Shown here: positions 8,532 to 16,596 of the stretch, piece by piece
How the letters are laid out: every line of letters begins with the position of its first letter
How positions within the stretch are numbered: position 1 is the first letter of the stretch
Source: a virus
Lineage: Duplodnaviria; Caudoviricetes
Reading direction: 5' to 3' (one strand)
Virus record (IMG/VR): IMGVR_UViG_3300032373_001162
Location: 1-32,865 of that record
DNA length: 32,865 nt
The notes under the pieces: model-generated
Database searches by the model: none
Told to the model about the DNA's origin: nothing
What the model saw: the letters and a program-made list of their open reading frames with translations, nothing else
Translations under genes and position numbers: made by a program

Positions 8532-9254
8532 TCACGCCCCGCAACCAGCAATCAGGGCATCGTCGATAGCGATACCAGCGGCTTTCATGCGTCGGGCAAG
8601 TTTTACTGCAACCTCCTTGACGTGATCGTTGAATTCGAGGCGCAGAACGCCATCAACATCGCTGGGGGTCTCCAGTGCACCTTTTTTCAGAATGACCATC
8701 CGGTGACGGCCAAGCGAGGCGAGCACCATGCCAAGCTCAAGGATAACGTTCTGGCGGGCGCGCGGTTGGTTGGCGTCGTCGCCTTTTGCCTTGGGATATC
8801 CGAAATCGTCGGGCGTCATCAGGACGATACCGAACGCGGCTTCGTGATAAATCTGCTGTTCCAAGGCTTCAATGATCGTATTGGAGCCGCCATCGTTGTT
8901 CTGCAGAATGTATGGATCAAGCCCAAGCCTGCGAAGGATCAGTTCAAGCTGTTCCAACGCCTGTGTGTCATGGCCGTGGACCACAAAAATCTTAGTTTTC
9001 GCATCAACTGCGTTTGCGGCAACTAGAGGGGCCGCCGGTGCGCCATCTGCAAAGATCGCCTTCAGCGGCTCTTGGGCCGCAACGTTGCCCTGATACTGAA
9101 CGGTGCCCTTGGCGGGCCAATAGTTCAAAATGCCCTTTTCCCGCGACCGGAACACATGCTTCCCCCCAGCTTCCTCGGACCAAGTCCCGACGATACCGCT
9201 GGCTTCGACCTGCGCTTTTAGGGCGTCAATTCCGTCGTGAAAAACGTCTGCCAT
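8532..9254 (-). CDS. TIR-domain protein of the CAP12/Pycsar-effector type (PF10137-like) with a small N-terminal domain
   Basis: KIFVVHGHD, TIIEALE, FGIVLMTPDD, RARQNVILELG (putative catalytic Glu), PSDVDGV; GGAGG upstream of ATG. Confidence 0.9.
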   Translation of the reverse strand: MADVFHDGIDALKAQVEASGIVGTWSEEAGGKHVFRSREKGILNYWPAKGTVQYQGNVAAQEPLKAIFADGAPAAPLVAANAVDAKTKIFVVHGHDTQALEQLELILRRLGLDPYILQNNDGGSNTIIEALEQQIYHEAAFGIVLMTPDDFGYPKAKGDDANQPRARQNVILELGMVLASLGRHRMVILKKGALETPSDVDGVLRLEFNDHVKEVAVKLARRMKAAGIAIDDALIAGCGA

Positions 9255-9343
9255 TCCAAACCTCCAAATTACTCATCGGCCTATTGTTCAACGTCTTTAT
9301 TCTGTCTGCGCAGGCCGTTCCGGCGAACGCGTATTCAGGTGCT

Positions 9344-10645
9344 TCATCCATCCAAAAGCGCAGCAATCTTGCCCGTCACGGCAGAGGTGACGAGTGCGGC
9401 GCGGTATTCTTGCAGCTTTTCCATAGATAGCTGGCACTTTTGCGCAGCCTCATCCAGTTTGCCTGTCTCCTCATGCAGATAGTTCCCAATTTGGCGTTGC
9501 TCATCGCTTGGTGGGACAGGTAATGGCAAACGACGCAGATCGAAGATATTAATGCCAGTTATAGTGGACCCGAGTGCTCTGGCCTCCAAGTGTAGCCGAG
9601 TCACACCTGATTTCAGGGCGAACAATAACCAGCCAGTATCAAAACCCTTTTCAGGGCTTATTCGTGCTGTGTCTTGCGTCAAGTTACACCCATCCAACTC
9701 GTCTGGAACAATTTCAACATCACCATAACTGCCTCGGATAGAGAAAACGATCTCTCCTGCTTTCATGCGTGACTTGGCGTATCCGGCTTCAATTTCTGGA
9801 TCGGTCCGATTTAACAAATCAGCAAAAAGCCTATCGGGCTTTACGTCTCCACCCTTAATGATCGGTATGCCGCCTGGAAAGTCAGGCCCGGGCAAAACGA
9901 TACCATATCGAATTTGCCTATAGATGTTGGTAATTCTATAGAGCTTGCGAAATTCCCAATGCGCCGGAACCTTGCCCAACCAGTCTATGCCGCTGTCCTT
10001 CGTGGGGACCGCTGGATCGAGGCCTCGGGTGACGGCGCGGGTAATGAGGGTTTGACGTTTCTCGGCCAGACGGTCCAGAAGCGCCTGTTTCTTTTCGATC
10101 AGCGCAGCAATCCGCGCCGTCTTGTCATCCAAAAACCGCGCAATTCGCTGCTGGGTATCGAGGTCGGGGAGTGGCAGGGGCTGGTGTCCGACGGTCTCCC
10201 AATCGGCGCGGGGCATCTTGGTGCCAAAGGTCTCGGCGTTGATCGTGTCAATGAAGGCCGATGAAGATGCAACGTAAAACAGAAAGCGTGGATGCACCGC
10301 GCCAGACGCCCGCAGGTTCAACAGCTCACCCGAACTGATCCCGTCAAATTCGGCCAACCATACTTTTGCAAGATAGGGACGCAGTTTGTTAAACAGCACG
10401 TCATCACGCTGGAAAACGCGCCCTTCCTTGTCGGCAGGTTCGGGGTTCTCTTTAAGGAGTTGCCCGGTCCAAGACGCGATGTCTTCATTTGAGATATAAG
10501 GCAGCGCCTCTGCCTCGTCATCTTCGAGTGCGTCCCGCTTGGTCGAGGCAAAAGCGACAGCCCATTTGACCCAATCGCTCCGCCATCCCTCGGGCAGGTC
10601 TTTGGCCCATTCGGGAAAACGGGCCGGATGAACGACAAAGCTCAT
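9344..10645 (-). CDS. hsdS: Type I R-M specificity subunit
   Basis: Two TRDs each followed by a conserved region (PLPDLDTQQRIARFLD and PVPPSDEQRQIGNYL), central DSGIDWLGKVPAHW, C-terminal ALVTSAVTGKI; start overlaps the hsdM stop. Confidence 0.95.
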   Translation of the reverse strand: MSFVVHPARFPEWAKDLPEGWRSDWVKWAVAFASTKRDALEDDEAEALPYISNEDIASWTGQLLKENPEPADKEGRVFQRDDVLFNKLRPYLAKVWLAEFDGISSGELLNLRASGAVHPRFLFYVASSSAFIDTINAETFGTKMPRADWETVGHQPLPLPDLDTQQRIARFLDDKTARIAALIEKKQALLDRLAEKRQTLITRAVTRGLDPAVPTKDSGIDWLGKVPAHWEFRKLYRITNIYRQIRYGIVLPGPDFPGGIPIIKGGDVKPDRLFADLLNRTDPEIEAGYAKSRMKAGEIVFSIRGSYGDVEIVPDELDGCNLTQDTARISPEKGFDTGWLLFALKSGVTRLHLEARALGSTITGINIFDLRRLPLPVPPSDEQRQIGNYLHEETGKLDEAAQKCQLSMEKLQEYRAALVTSAVTGKIAALLDG

Positions 10646-12813
10646 CAGACAAGCCCCTTGAGCAGCTTGGCAATCTCACCTTCCAGCGTTTCAATCTCGC
10701 CCTCGATCTGGTCCAGTTCGCGCGGGGGCTTATAGACATAGAAATGACGGTTGAATGGGATTTCATATCCCACCTTGGTCTTGCTGTAATCGACCCACGC
10801 ATCGGGCACATGCGGCAGCACCTCGGCCGCCATATAGGCATCAATCGCAGGGGTCATCAGTTTGACCACATCGCCATTCAGTTTGTTTTGCGGGTCGGGG
10901 CCAAAGGGCATCGGCAGGGGAAACGACGTGCCTGCGGGCAGTGGTACATTTTCAGTATCGCGCAACTCCGCGTCGGCCTCAGGCTTGTCACCCACCCAGA
11001 TGCACTTTTCGGCCTTCTGGTCCTTGTCGCCAACGGTCAGCCACAGGGTCTTGCGGACAGGCTTGCCCAACTTGATCCCAAGGCCATCCGCCGCGTCGAC
11101 CACATCTGCGTCAAATTCGGCAAGGTCCATATACAGCCGATCCGCGTCCATCGCACGGGCCACGGCCAGCAGGTCAGAAACGGGGTGCTTGTCAGAGTCA
11201 AGCTGATCCAGCCGCGCGATGCGGTCTGACGTGGTCTTGAAATTCATCCGCAGCGGGCGTTCCACGACGATCCGCAGGAACCCGAATTCATGGGTGTTGA
11301 AAATGCGCGACACGGTGCGCGTTTCCCGCTCGCCCGTCTTTTTGTTGACAACCACTGTGGCCTGTTCGCCGTCGCGGTAGTTGCCATAGATGCGCGTCAG
11401 ATCCGCGATCTGGTCTTCGGTGATGCGGTGGCGCTTGTTGTTCAGACTCTTGTCCATCCGCTCGGCGAACAACGTCCCGTCGATCAGTTGCACCCTGCCG
11501 CGTCGCTCGGGCGGTTTGCGGTTCGTGACCATCCAGATGTAGGTGTAGATGCCCGTGTTGTAGAAAAGCTGATCCGGCAGGCCAATGATCGCATCCAGCC
11601 AGTCGTTTTCGATGATCCAACGACGAATGCTGGATGGCCCGCCGCCCGCACTGCCCGAGAACAGGGGCGAGCCGTTGAACACCACGGCGATTTTGGACCC
11701 GTCGCCGGGATTTTCAGGGTCTTCTGGGCTCGGGTGCATCTTGGAGATCATGTGCTGGAGAAACAGCAGCGATCCATCGTCGATGTCGGGGGTGCCCGCC
11801 CCAAAACGCCCGTTGAAGCCCAGCGTCTTGTGTTCTTTCTCGACAATTGTTTTCTGATCTTTCCAATCCACCCCAAACGGCGGATTGGCGAGCATGTAGT
11901 GAAACTGCTCGCCTTCAAACTCGTCTTTGGTCTTGCCGTCGCCGAGGGTGTCGCCGAGCTTGATATTGTCGGTCTCTTCATCCTTGATCAGCATGTCCGA
12001 GCAGCAGATCGCCCAGCTTTCATCATTGTATTCCTGCCCGAACAGGGCGAGGTTCGCAGCTTTGTTGCCGTCACGGATGAAATTTTCTGACACCGACAAC
12101 ATGCCGCCTGTGCCGCAGGTCGGGTCATAGATCGTGCGGTAGATGCCCGGTTTGTAAACATCCTGTTCGCCGGTATAGATGAGGTTCGCCATCAGCTCGA
12201 TGACCTCGCGCGGAGTGAAGTGGTCCCCCGCCTCTTCGTTGGCCTGTTCGTTGAAGCGCATCACAAGGTGCTCGAACAGATAGCCCATTTGGAGGTTGTC
12301 CACCCGGTCGGGGTGTAAGTCGACCGTGGCCATCTGCTTGACGATGTTGAACAAGCGGTTGCTCGCGTCGAGCTTTTCGATCTGTTCACTGAACTTGAAC
12401 TTCTCAAAGATCGCGCGGGCTATGGGTGAAAAGCCGTTGATATATGCTACAAGATTTGGCGCTATGCTTTCGGCATCAGCCGTAAGGCGGTCGAAGGTGA
12501 ATTTGCTGGTGTTGTAGAGCGGCTGTTTGCGGGTCGGATCGGCCACGCGGGCCAGCATCTTGACCATGGCGGGTTCGGGCGTGCCAGCCGCCCTGAGGCG
12601 GGTGTGCTCATCATGGACCCGATCAATCGTAGGTTCCAATACGCAGTCCAGACGACGCAGGACAACCATGGGCAGCATGACAAGTCGATACTGCGGCGGG
12701 CGATAGGGGCCGCGCAAACGCTTAGCGATTTCCCAGATGTCGTCGGTCAGCTTCTTATGTTGTTGAACGTTCAATGGAAACTGCCCCTGACTATCTATTT
12801 TTTTATCGCTCAA
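10645..12813 (-). CDS. hsdM: Type I R-M N6-adenine methyltransferase subunit
   Basis: GDHFTPREVI, motif I YDPTCGTGG, motif IV ANPPF, LFYNTGI. Start uncertain (TTG 12813 or TTG 12774). Confidence 0.95.
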   Translation of the reverse strand: MSDKKIDSQGQFPLNVQQHKKLTDDIWEIAKRLRGPYRPPQYRLVMLPMVVLRRLDCVLEPTIDRVHDEHTRLRAAGTPEPAMVKMLARVADPTRKQPLYNTSKFTFDRLTADAESIAPNLVAYINGFSPIARAIFEKFKFSEQIEKLDASNRLFNIVKQMATVDLHPDRVDNLQMGYLFEHLVMRFNEQANEEAGDHFTPREVIELMANLIYTGEQDVYKPGIYRTIYDPTCGTGGMLSVSENFIRDGNKAANLALFGQEYNDESWAICCSDMLIKDEETDNIKLGDTLGDGKTKDEFEGEQFHYMLANPPFGVDWKDQKTIVEKEHKTLGFNGRFGAGTPDIDDGSLLFLQHMISKMHPSPEDPENPGDGSKIAVVFNGSPLFSGSAGGGPSSIRRWIIENDWLDAIIGLPDQLFYNTGIYTYIWMVTNRKPPERRGRVQLIDGTLFAERMDKSLNNKRHRITEDQIADLTRIYGNYRDGEQATVVVNKKTGERETRTVSRIFNTHEFGFLRIVVERPLRMNFKTTSDRIARLDQLDSDKHPVSDLLAVARAMDADRLYMDLAEFDADVVDAADGLGIKLGKPVRKTLWLTVGDKDQKAEKCIWVGDKPEADAELRDTENVPLPAGTSFPLPMPFGPDPQNKLNGDVVKLMTPAIDAYMAAEVLPHVPDAWVDYSKTKVGYEIPFNRHFYVYKPPRELDQIEGEIETLEGEIAKLLKGLV

Positions 12814-12935
12814 AAGACATTTTTTTGGGTCGGATGTCCACCCGGATAATTCTGACGAAGGACGGGCTCGGGGCAGTTTGAGGCCGTGTTATGCAGGAGA
12901 CTGCTCACGAAGCTGCTTTGGCACCCCCCTGCCAT

Positions 12936-12989
12936 GGTTCCTCCCGGGCCCCATTTGTATACGGGGGGGCGCAGCGCGGCATTTCGCTA
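12936..12989 (+). other. Putative lambda-like cos site (cosQ/cosN-like)
   Basis: GGTTCCT-N17-TACG-GGGGGGCGCAG-CGCGGCATTTCGCTA resembles my recollection of the lambda cos junction (GGGTCCT...TTACG GGGCGGCGACCT CGCGGGTTTTCGCTA); a GpA-type terminase lies downstream. Confidence 0.65.
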
Positions 12990-13009
12990 GCGCATGGCTT
13001 CTTCACCGG

Positions 13010-13181
13010 GGAATCCACTTGGAATCCACCTCGGTGATTGCCAAAAATTAAGTCACGCGATTACATAGACTTACGCTGGATCATTCGCTCTCCGGGTGGA
13101 TTCTTGACAAAAACAGTAAAATCCACCCGACGGAAGCCAGGGAAGCCACCCTGACCAGAAGCCAGCCACCGGAAGCCACCC
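13010..13181. repeat. GAAKCCAC(CC) repeat cluster, possibly cosB-like binding sites
   Basis: GGAATCCAC at 13010 and 13021, inverted GGGTGGATTC at 13094, AAATCCACCC at 13119, GGAAGCCACCC at 13141 and 13171, variants at 13132 and 13158. Confidence 0.7.
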
Positions 13182-13216
13182 GCTGGGAAGGCCTTGAATC
13201 GACGCAAGATTTTCTG

Positions 13217-13248
13217 TTGACAGACCTGCCCCCCTTGACTCATACCTT
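13217..13248 (+). promoter_or_regulatory. Possible rightward (late) promoter
   Basis: Exact TTGACA at 13217-13222 followed by a weak -10-like CATACCTT. Confidence 0.35.
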
Positions 13249-13263
13249 GATCATCGAAGCAGT

Positions 13264-13298
13264 TCGCCCGGAGAAACCCTCGCGGGCGATTTTGATTT
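13264..13298 (+). terminator. Possible intrinsic terminator/attenuator upstream of the late operon
   Basis: Stem TCGCCCG/CGGGCGA with a 12-nt loop, followed by TTTTGATTT. Confidence 0.45.
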
Positions 13299-13377
13299 CC
13301 CCAACATCGCCGACCCCGATCTGATCGCTGGCCATTCGCCCGCGCGCATCGGCGTGTCCGCCTGTCAGAGAGCCCCC

Positions 13378-14637
13378 ATGGACCTCGTTTTTGCGCCAAG
13401 CCAGATCGAAACCTGGCCGCTTGACCGCCTGCGCCCCTATGCCCGCAATGCCAAAATTCACGGCACCGATCAGGTGGCCAAGATCGCGGCGAGCATGGCG
13501 AGATTCGGCTGGACCGTGCCCTGCATGGTGGCCGACGATGGCGAGCTGATCGCGGGGCATGGGCGGGTGCTGGCCGCCGCCATGCTGGGGCTGAAGGATG
13601 TGCCGGTAATCCAGCTCAGCCACCTCGATGAATCTGAACGCCGCGCCTACCGCATCGCAGACAACAAACTGACCGAGCTGGGCGAATGGGACGAGGCTAT
13701 GCTGCGCGACGAGGTCGCGGGATTGATGGCTGAGGATTTCGACCTGTCGCTGCTCGGGATCACCGATGAGGATCTGGACGCCCTGCTGCGCGATCCGGAT
13801 CAGGTCGAAGGCGAGGCGGTCGAGGGCGAAGATGATATTCCCGAACCGCCGGTCACGCCGGTGTCGGTGGCGGGCGACCTCTGGCAGTTGGGATCGCACC
13901 GGCTGATTTGCGGCGACAGCACGTCTGCCGATGTGGTTGATCGGCTTCTGGGCGATGTTCGTCCGCTGCTGATGGTGACTGATCCACCCTACGGCGTGGA
14001 GTATGATCCGTCCTGGCGCAACGAGGCGGGAGCGGCCAAAACGAAACGCACCGGCAAGGTGCTGAATGATGACCGCGCCGACTGGCGCGAGGCTTGGGCG
14101 CTGTTCCCCGGCGACGTCGTATATGTCTGGCATGGTGCGCTGCATGCCACGACCGTGGCCGAGAGCTTGGTAGCGGCGGGCTTCGCAGTCCGCTCACAGA
14201 TCATCTGGGCCAAGGACCGCCTCGTTCTCAGCCGGGGCGACTATCACTGGCAACATGAACCCTGCTGGTATGCGGTCAAGAAGACCGGCAAAGGCCACTG
14301 GGCGGGCGACCGCAAACAGACCACCCTCTGGCACATATCCGGCAAGGATCAGGATGCGGCCACCGTCCACGGCACCCAAAAGCCGGTCGAGTGCATGCGC
14401 CGCCCGATCCTTAACAATTCCAGCCCGGGTCAGGCCGTTTTTGAACCGTTCATGGGATCCGGCACCACGCTGATCGCGGCCGAAACGACCGGGCGCGTGT
14501 GCTTCGGGATCGAGTTGAACCCGGCCTACGTCGATGTCGCCATCGAGCGCTGGCAGCAATTCACCGGTGCCAATGCCGTGCTGGCCGAAACGGGTGAGAC
14601 CTTCGCCGACTTGAAGGCAAAGAGGCTGGCGGCATGA
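13378..14637 (+). CDS. ParB/Srx-like N-terminal domain fused to an N4/N6 (beta-class) DNA methyltransferase
   Basis: LRPYARNAKIH, IAGHGR and RAYRIADNKL (ParB-like); TDPPY precedes HGTQKP and EPFMGSGTT. Confidence 0.92.
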   Translation: MDLVFAPSQIETWPLDRLRPYARNAKIHGTDQVAKIAASMARFGWTVPCMVADDGELIAGHGRVLAAAMLGLKDVPVIQLSHLDESERRAYRIADNKLTELGEWDEAMLRDEVAGLMAEDFDLSLLGITDEDLDALLRDPDQVEGEAVEGEDDIPEPPVTPVSVAGDLWQLGSHRLICGDSTSADVVDRLLGDVRPLLMVTDPPYGVEYDPSWRNEAGAAKTKRTGKVLNDDRADWREAWALFPGDVVYVWHGALHATTVAESLVAAGFAVRSQIIWAKDRLVLSRGDYHWQHEPCWYAVKKTGKGHWAGDRKQTTLWHISGKDQDAATVHGTQKPVECMRRPILNNSSPGQAVFEPFMGSGTTLIAAETTGRVCFGIELNPAYVDVAIERWQQFTGANAVLAETGETFADLKAKRLAA

Positions 14638-14678
14638 ATATGCCAACCGTGCCGCAACGGATCGAGTACTGGCCGCTG
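14634..14678 (+). pseudogene. Remnant 5' end of a second ParB-methyltransferase-like gene
   Basis: ATGA-coupled frame MNMPTVPQRIEYWPL resembles PSQIETWPL of the preceding gene, then similarity ends; the frame stops at 14780 inside the antisense gene. Confidence 0.5.
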
Positions 14679-14690
14679 AAGTTCGGACGG

Positions 14691-15230
14691 TCAGGAGGCA
14701 TCCAAACGATGTACCGTGCCGCGTCCGTCGACCTTCTCGGAAGTGATCGGCAGGCCCAGCTTCTTCTTCAGCGCCCCTGAGATCATGCCCCTCGCGCTTT
14801 GAGCTTGCCAACCGGTTGCCGCGACAATCTCGGCGATAGTAGCGCCTTCGGGACGCTGCAGAAGGGTGATGATCTGCGCCTGTTTGGTTCCGGCGCGCGG
14901 TGTCGGCGGTTTGGACGCAGGCGGTTGTGCAGCGTGGGTGCGGATCGCAGCCATGGTCTTGACCACGACGGGCTCAACCCCGATGGCCAGCAGCCCTGCG
15001 TCGGTGACGACCAGCGTGGTGCCGTGGCCATCGCCGGTCTCACGCCAGAGCGGCTCGCCTTTGCGGATGTCGGCGTCGACCTCCTCGAGCCAGCCGCGCC
15101 CGATCATCATGGTGACGACCTTTTGTGCGGCGGCACCATGCAGCCCCTTGGGCAGCGGCATCGCGAGATTGTCGGCGCGCTGGGCAGCAGCGCTGAGGAT
15201 AGTGGATTGCGTGTCGGTAAGTTTGGGCAT
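14691..15230 (-). CDS. DUF3489 family (winged-helix-like) protein
   Basis: KLTDTQ N-terminus; PRAGTKQAQIITLLQRPEGATIAEIVAATGWQ...RGMISGALKKKLGL; GGAG upstream. Confidence 0.88.
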   Translation of the reverse strand: MPKLTDTQSTILSAAAQRADNLAMPLPKGLHGAAAQKVVTMMIGRGWLEEVDADIRKGEPLWRETGDGHGTTLVVTDAGLLAIGVEPVVVKTMAAIRTHAAQPPASKPPTPRAGTKQAQIITLLQRPEGATIAEIVAATGWQAQSARGMISGALKKKLGLPITSEKVDGRGTVHRLDAS

Positions 15231-15327
15231 TGTGTCTCCGGTCCTGATCGGGTGGCGCGGGATTGCGCAGCCTTCTACCGGTGCAAGCCCGCCGCATTGG
15301 CGGGCCGCGTAAGTTCGCATGGTCGGC

Positions 15328-15597
15328 TTATTCGGCGTGCTCACCCTCGCAAAAAGCGCTGTCGGTGAGGCGCTTGAGCAGCCCGGCGTAGTACTCAAGG
15401 GTTCCGACATTGCCCCAGTTGACCTCGTCGGGATGGCAGTTGAAATGATCGTCGCTCAGCGCCTGCAGGCGGGAGAGCATCTCGTCGATCTCGGCCTTCT
15501 TGCCAATGAAGGCGTTCAGGGCGGCTTCGCGGTTGCGCCGGGCCTTCTCGGCGCGCAACTGGTGGCGGGGTGTGGTGATCGGGTTGAGGCGGGTCAT
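15328..15597 (-). CDS. Small conserved phage hypothetical protein
   Basis: ALNAFIGKKAEIDEMLSRLQALSDDHF...VNWGNVGTL; GGAG upstream of ATG 15597. Confidence 0.78.
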   Translation of the reverse strand: MTRLNPITTPRHQLRAEKARRNREAALNAFIGKKAEIDEMLSRLQALSDDHFNCHPDEVNWGNVGTLEYYAGLLKRLTDSAFCEGEHAE

Positions 15598-15713
15598 GGC
15601 TTGGCTCCGTTGGGTGAGTTGGATCGTTTTCATGTCATCACAATCGCTCTGCTGCGCCGATTGTCGTAGGCAATTCCAAGCAATATCAGTGCTTTCTGAT
15701 TGCACTGCGGGAT

Positions 15714-15932
15714 TCAAATCAGCTGCAGATCGGCCAGCACGGTGTTGGCAGCGGCCAGTTGCGAGGTCGGCACTTCGATCTTGATGTGCGAGATCACATC
15801 CGATGCCTCGGCGGTGATCCCGTCCTCGCGCAGCGCGGCCTCGATGGCAGATGCGACGGCGTCGGGGCGCGAGCGGTCGAACTGGTGGGGCAGCACGTCA
15901 TGATCGATGCGAATTGTGGTGATGGCGGTCAT
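15714..15932 (-). CDS. Small hypothetical protein
   Basis: 72 aa MTAITTIRID...LADLQLI; GGAG upstream of ATG 15932. Confidence 0.7.
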   Translation of the reverse strand: MTAITTIRIDHDVLPHQFDRSRPDAVASAIEAALREDGITAEASDVISHIKIEVPTSQLAAANTVLADLQLI

Positions 15933-16056
15933 GGTCTGGTCTCCGATCCGAGAGTGATTTCCTGATCCGAGAATCGCTCGACGAGTGAGTGCAATCAACT
16001 GAATAACATCACTATTTTCGTTTAATCCCAATATCTTGAGGTCACGTCCCATCGCC

Positions 16057-16596
16057 ATGGAAGGTATGTCCGAACGCGAGTATTCCGCCCATTCCGGCCT
16101 GTCGCGCGGGGCAATCCAGAAGGCGCGCAAGGCCGGTCGGCTGGTGCTGTTTGACGACGGGTCCATCAACGCGGCAGGCTCGGATGCCCGTCGCGCAGAG
16201 ATGACCGATCCGGATCAGCAACGCCGCAGCACCGGCGGCGAAACTGGCATCTCCAGTCCCGCCGACAGCACCTCCTATCTGAAGGCGCGCACCGCTTTGA
16301 CGGTCTATCAGGCGCAGGAGCGCCAGCTGGCAATCCAGAAGAAGAAGGGCGTTCTGGTTGATCGGGCGCGCGCCGAGACGCTGGTGTTTCGCCTTGCCCG
16401 GCAGGAACGGGACGTCTGGGTCACATGGCCCAGCCGGGTGGCGGCACTGATGGCGGCCGAAGTTGCCGCCGGGGTGGAAAGGCAATCCGGTGGACCGGTG
16501 ATGATCGAGGCCGCGATCCTGCAGAGGGTGCTGGAAACCCATGTCAGAGCGCAACTCGACGCCCTCGCCGATCTCCGGATCAGTCTCGGACAGTGA
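16057..16596 (+). CDS. Terminase small subunit (Nu1-like)
   Basis: N-terminal HTH MSEREYSAHSGLSRGAIQKA; coiled-coil KKGVLVDRARAE; directly upstream of the large subunit. Confidence 0.82.
   Translation: MEGMSEREYSAHSGLSRGAIQKARKAGRLVLFDDGSINAAGSDARRAEMTDPDQQRRSTGGETGISSPADSTSYLKARTALTVYQAQERQLAIQKKKGVLVDRARAETLVFRLARQERDVWVTWPSRVAALMAAEVAAGVERQSGGPVMIEAAILQRVLETHVRAQLDALADLRISLGQ

Noticed and set aside
7220-8569. 449-aa plus-strand ORF opposite hsdR (also 8382-9026 and 11290-12090)
   Set aside because: Codon-register mirror of the real minus-strand genes; no recognisable domain.
8532-9254. Calling the TIR gene part of CBASS, Pycsar or Thoeris
   Set aside because: No CD-NTase, pyrimidine cyclase, ThsA or sensor fusion is present in the window.
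12798-12826. Two 7-nt homopolymer runs at the hsdM start as a phase-variation switch
   Set aside because: Runs are short and the hsdM start is ambiguous, so no supportable effect on the frame.
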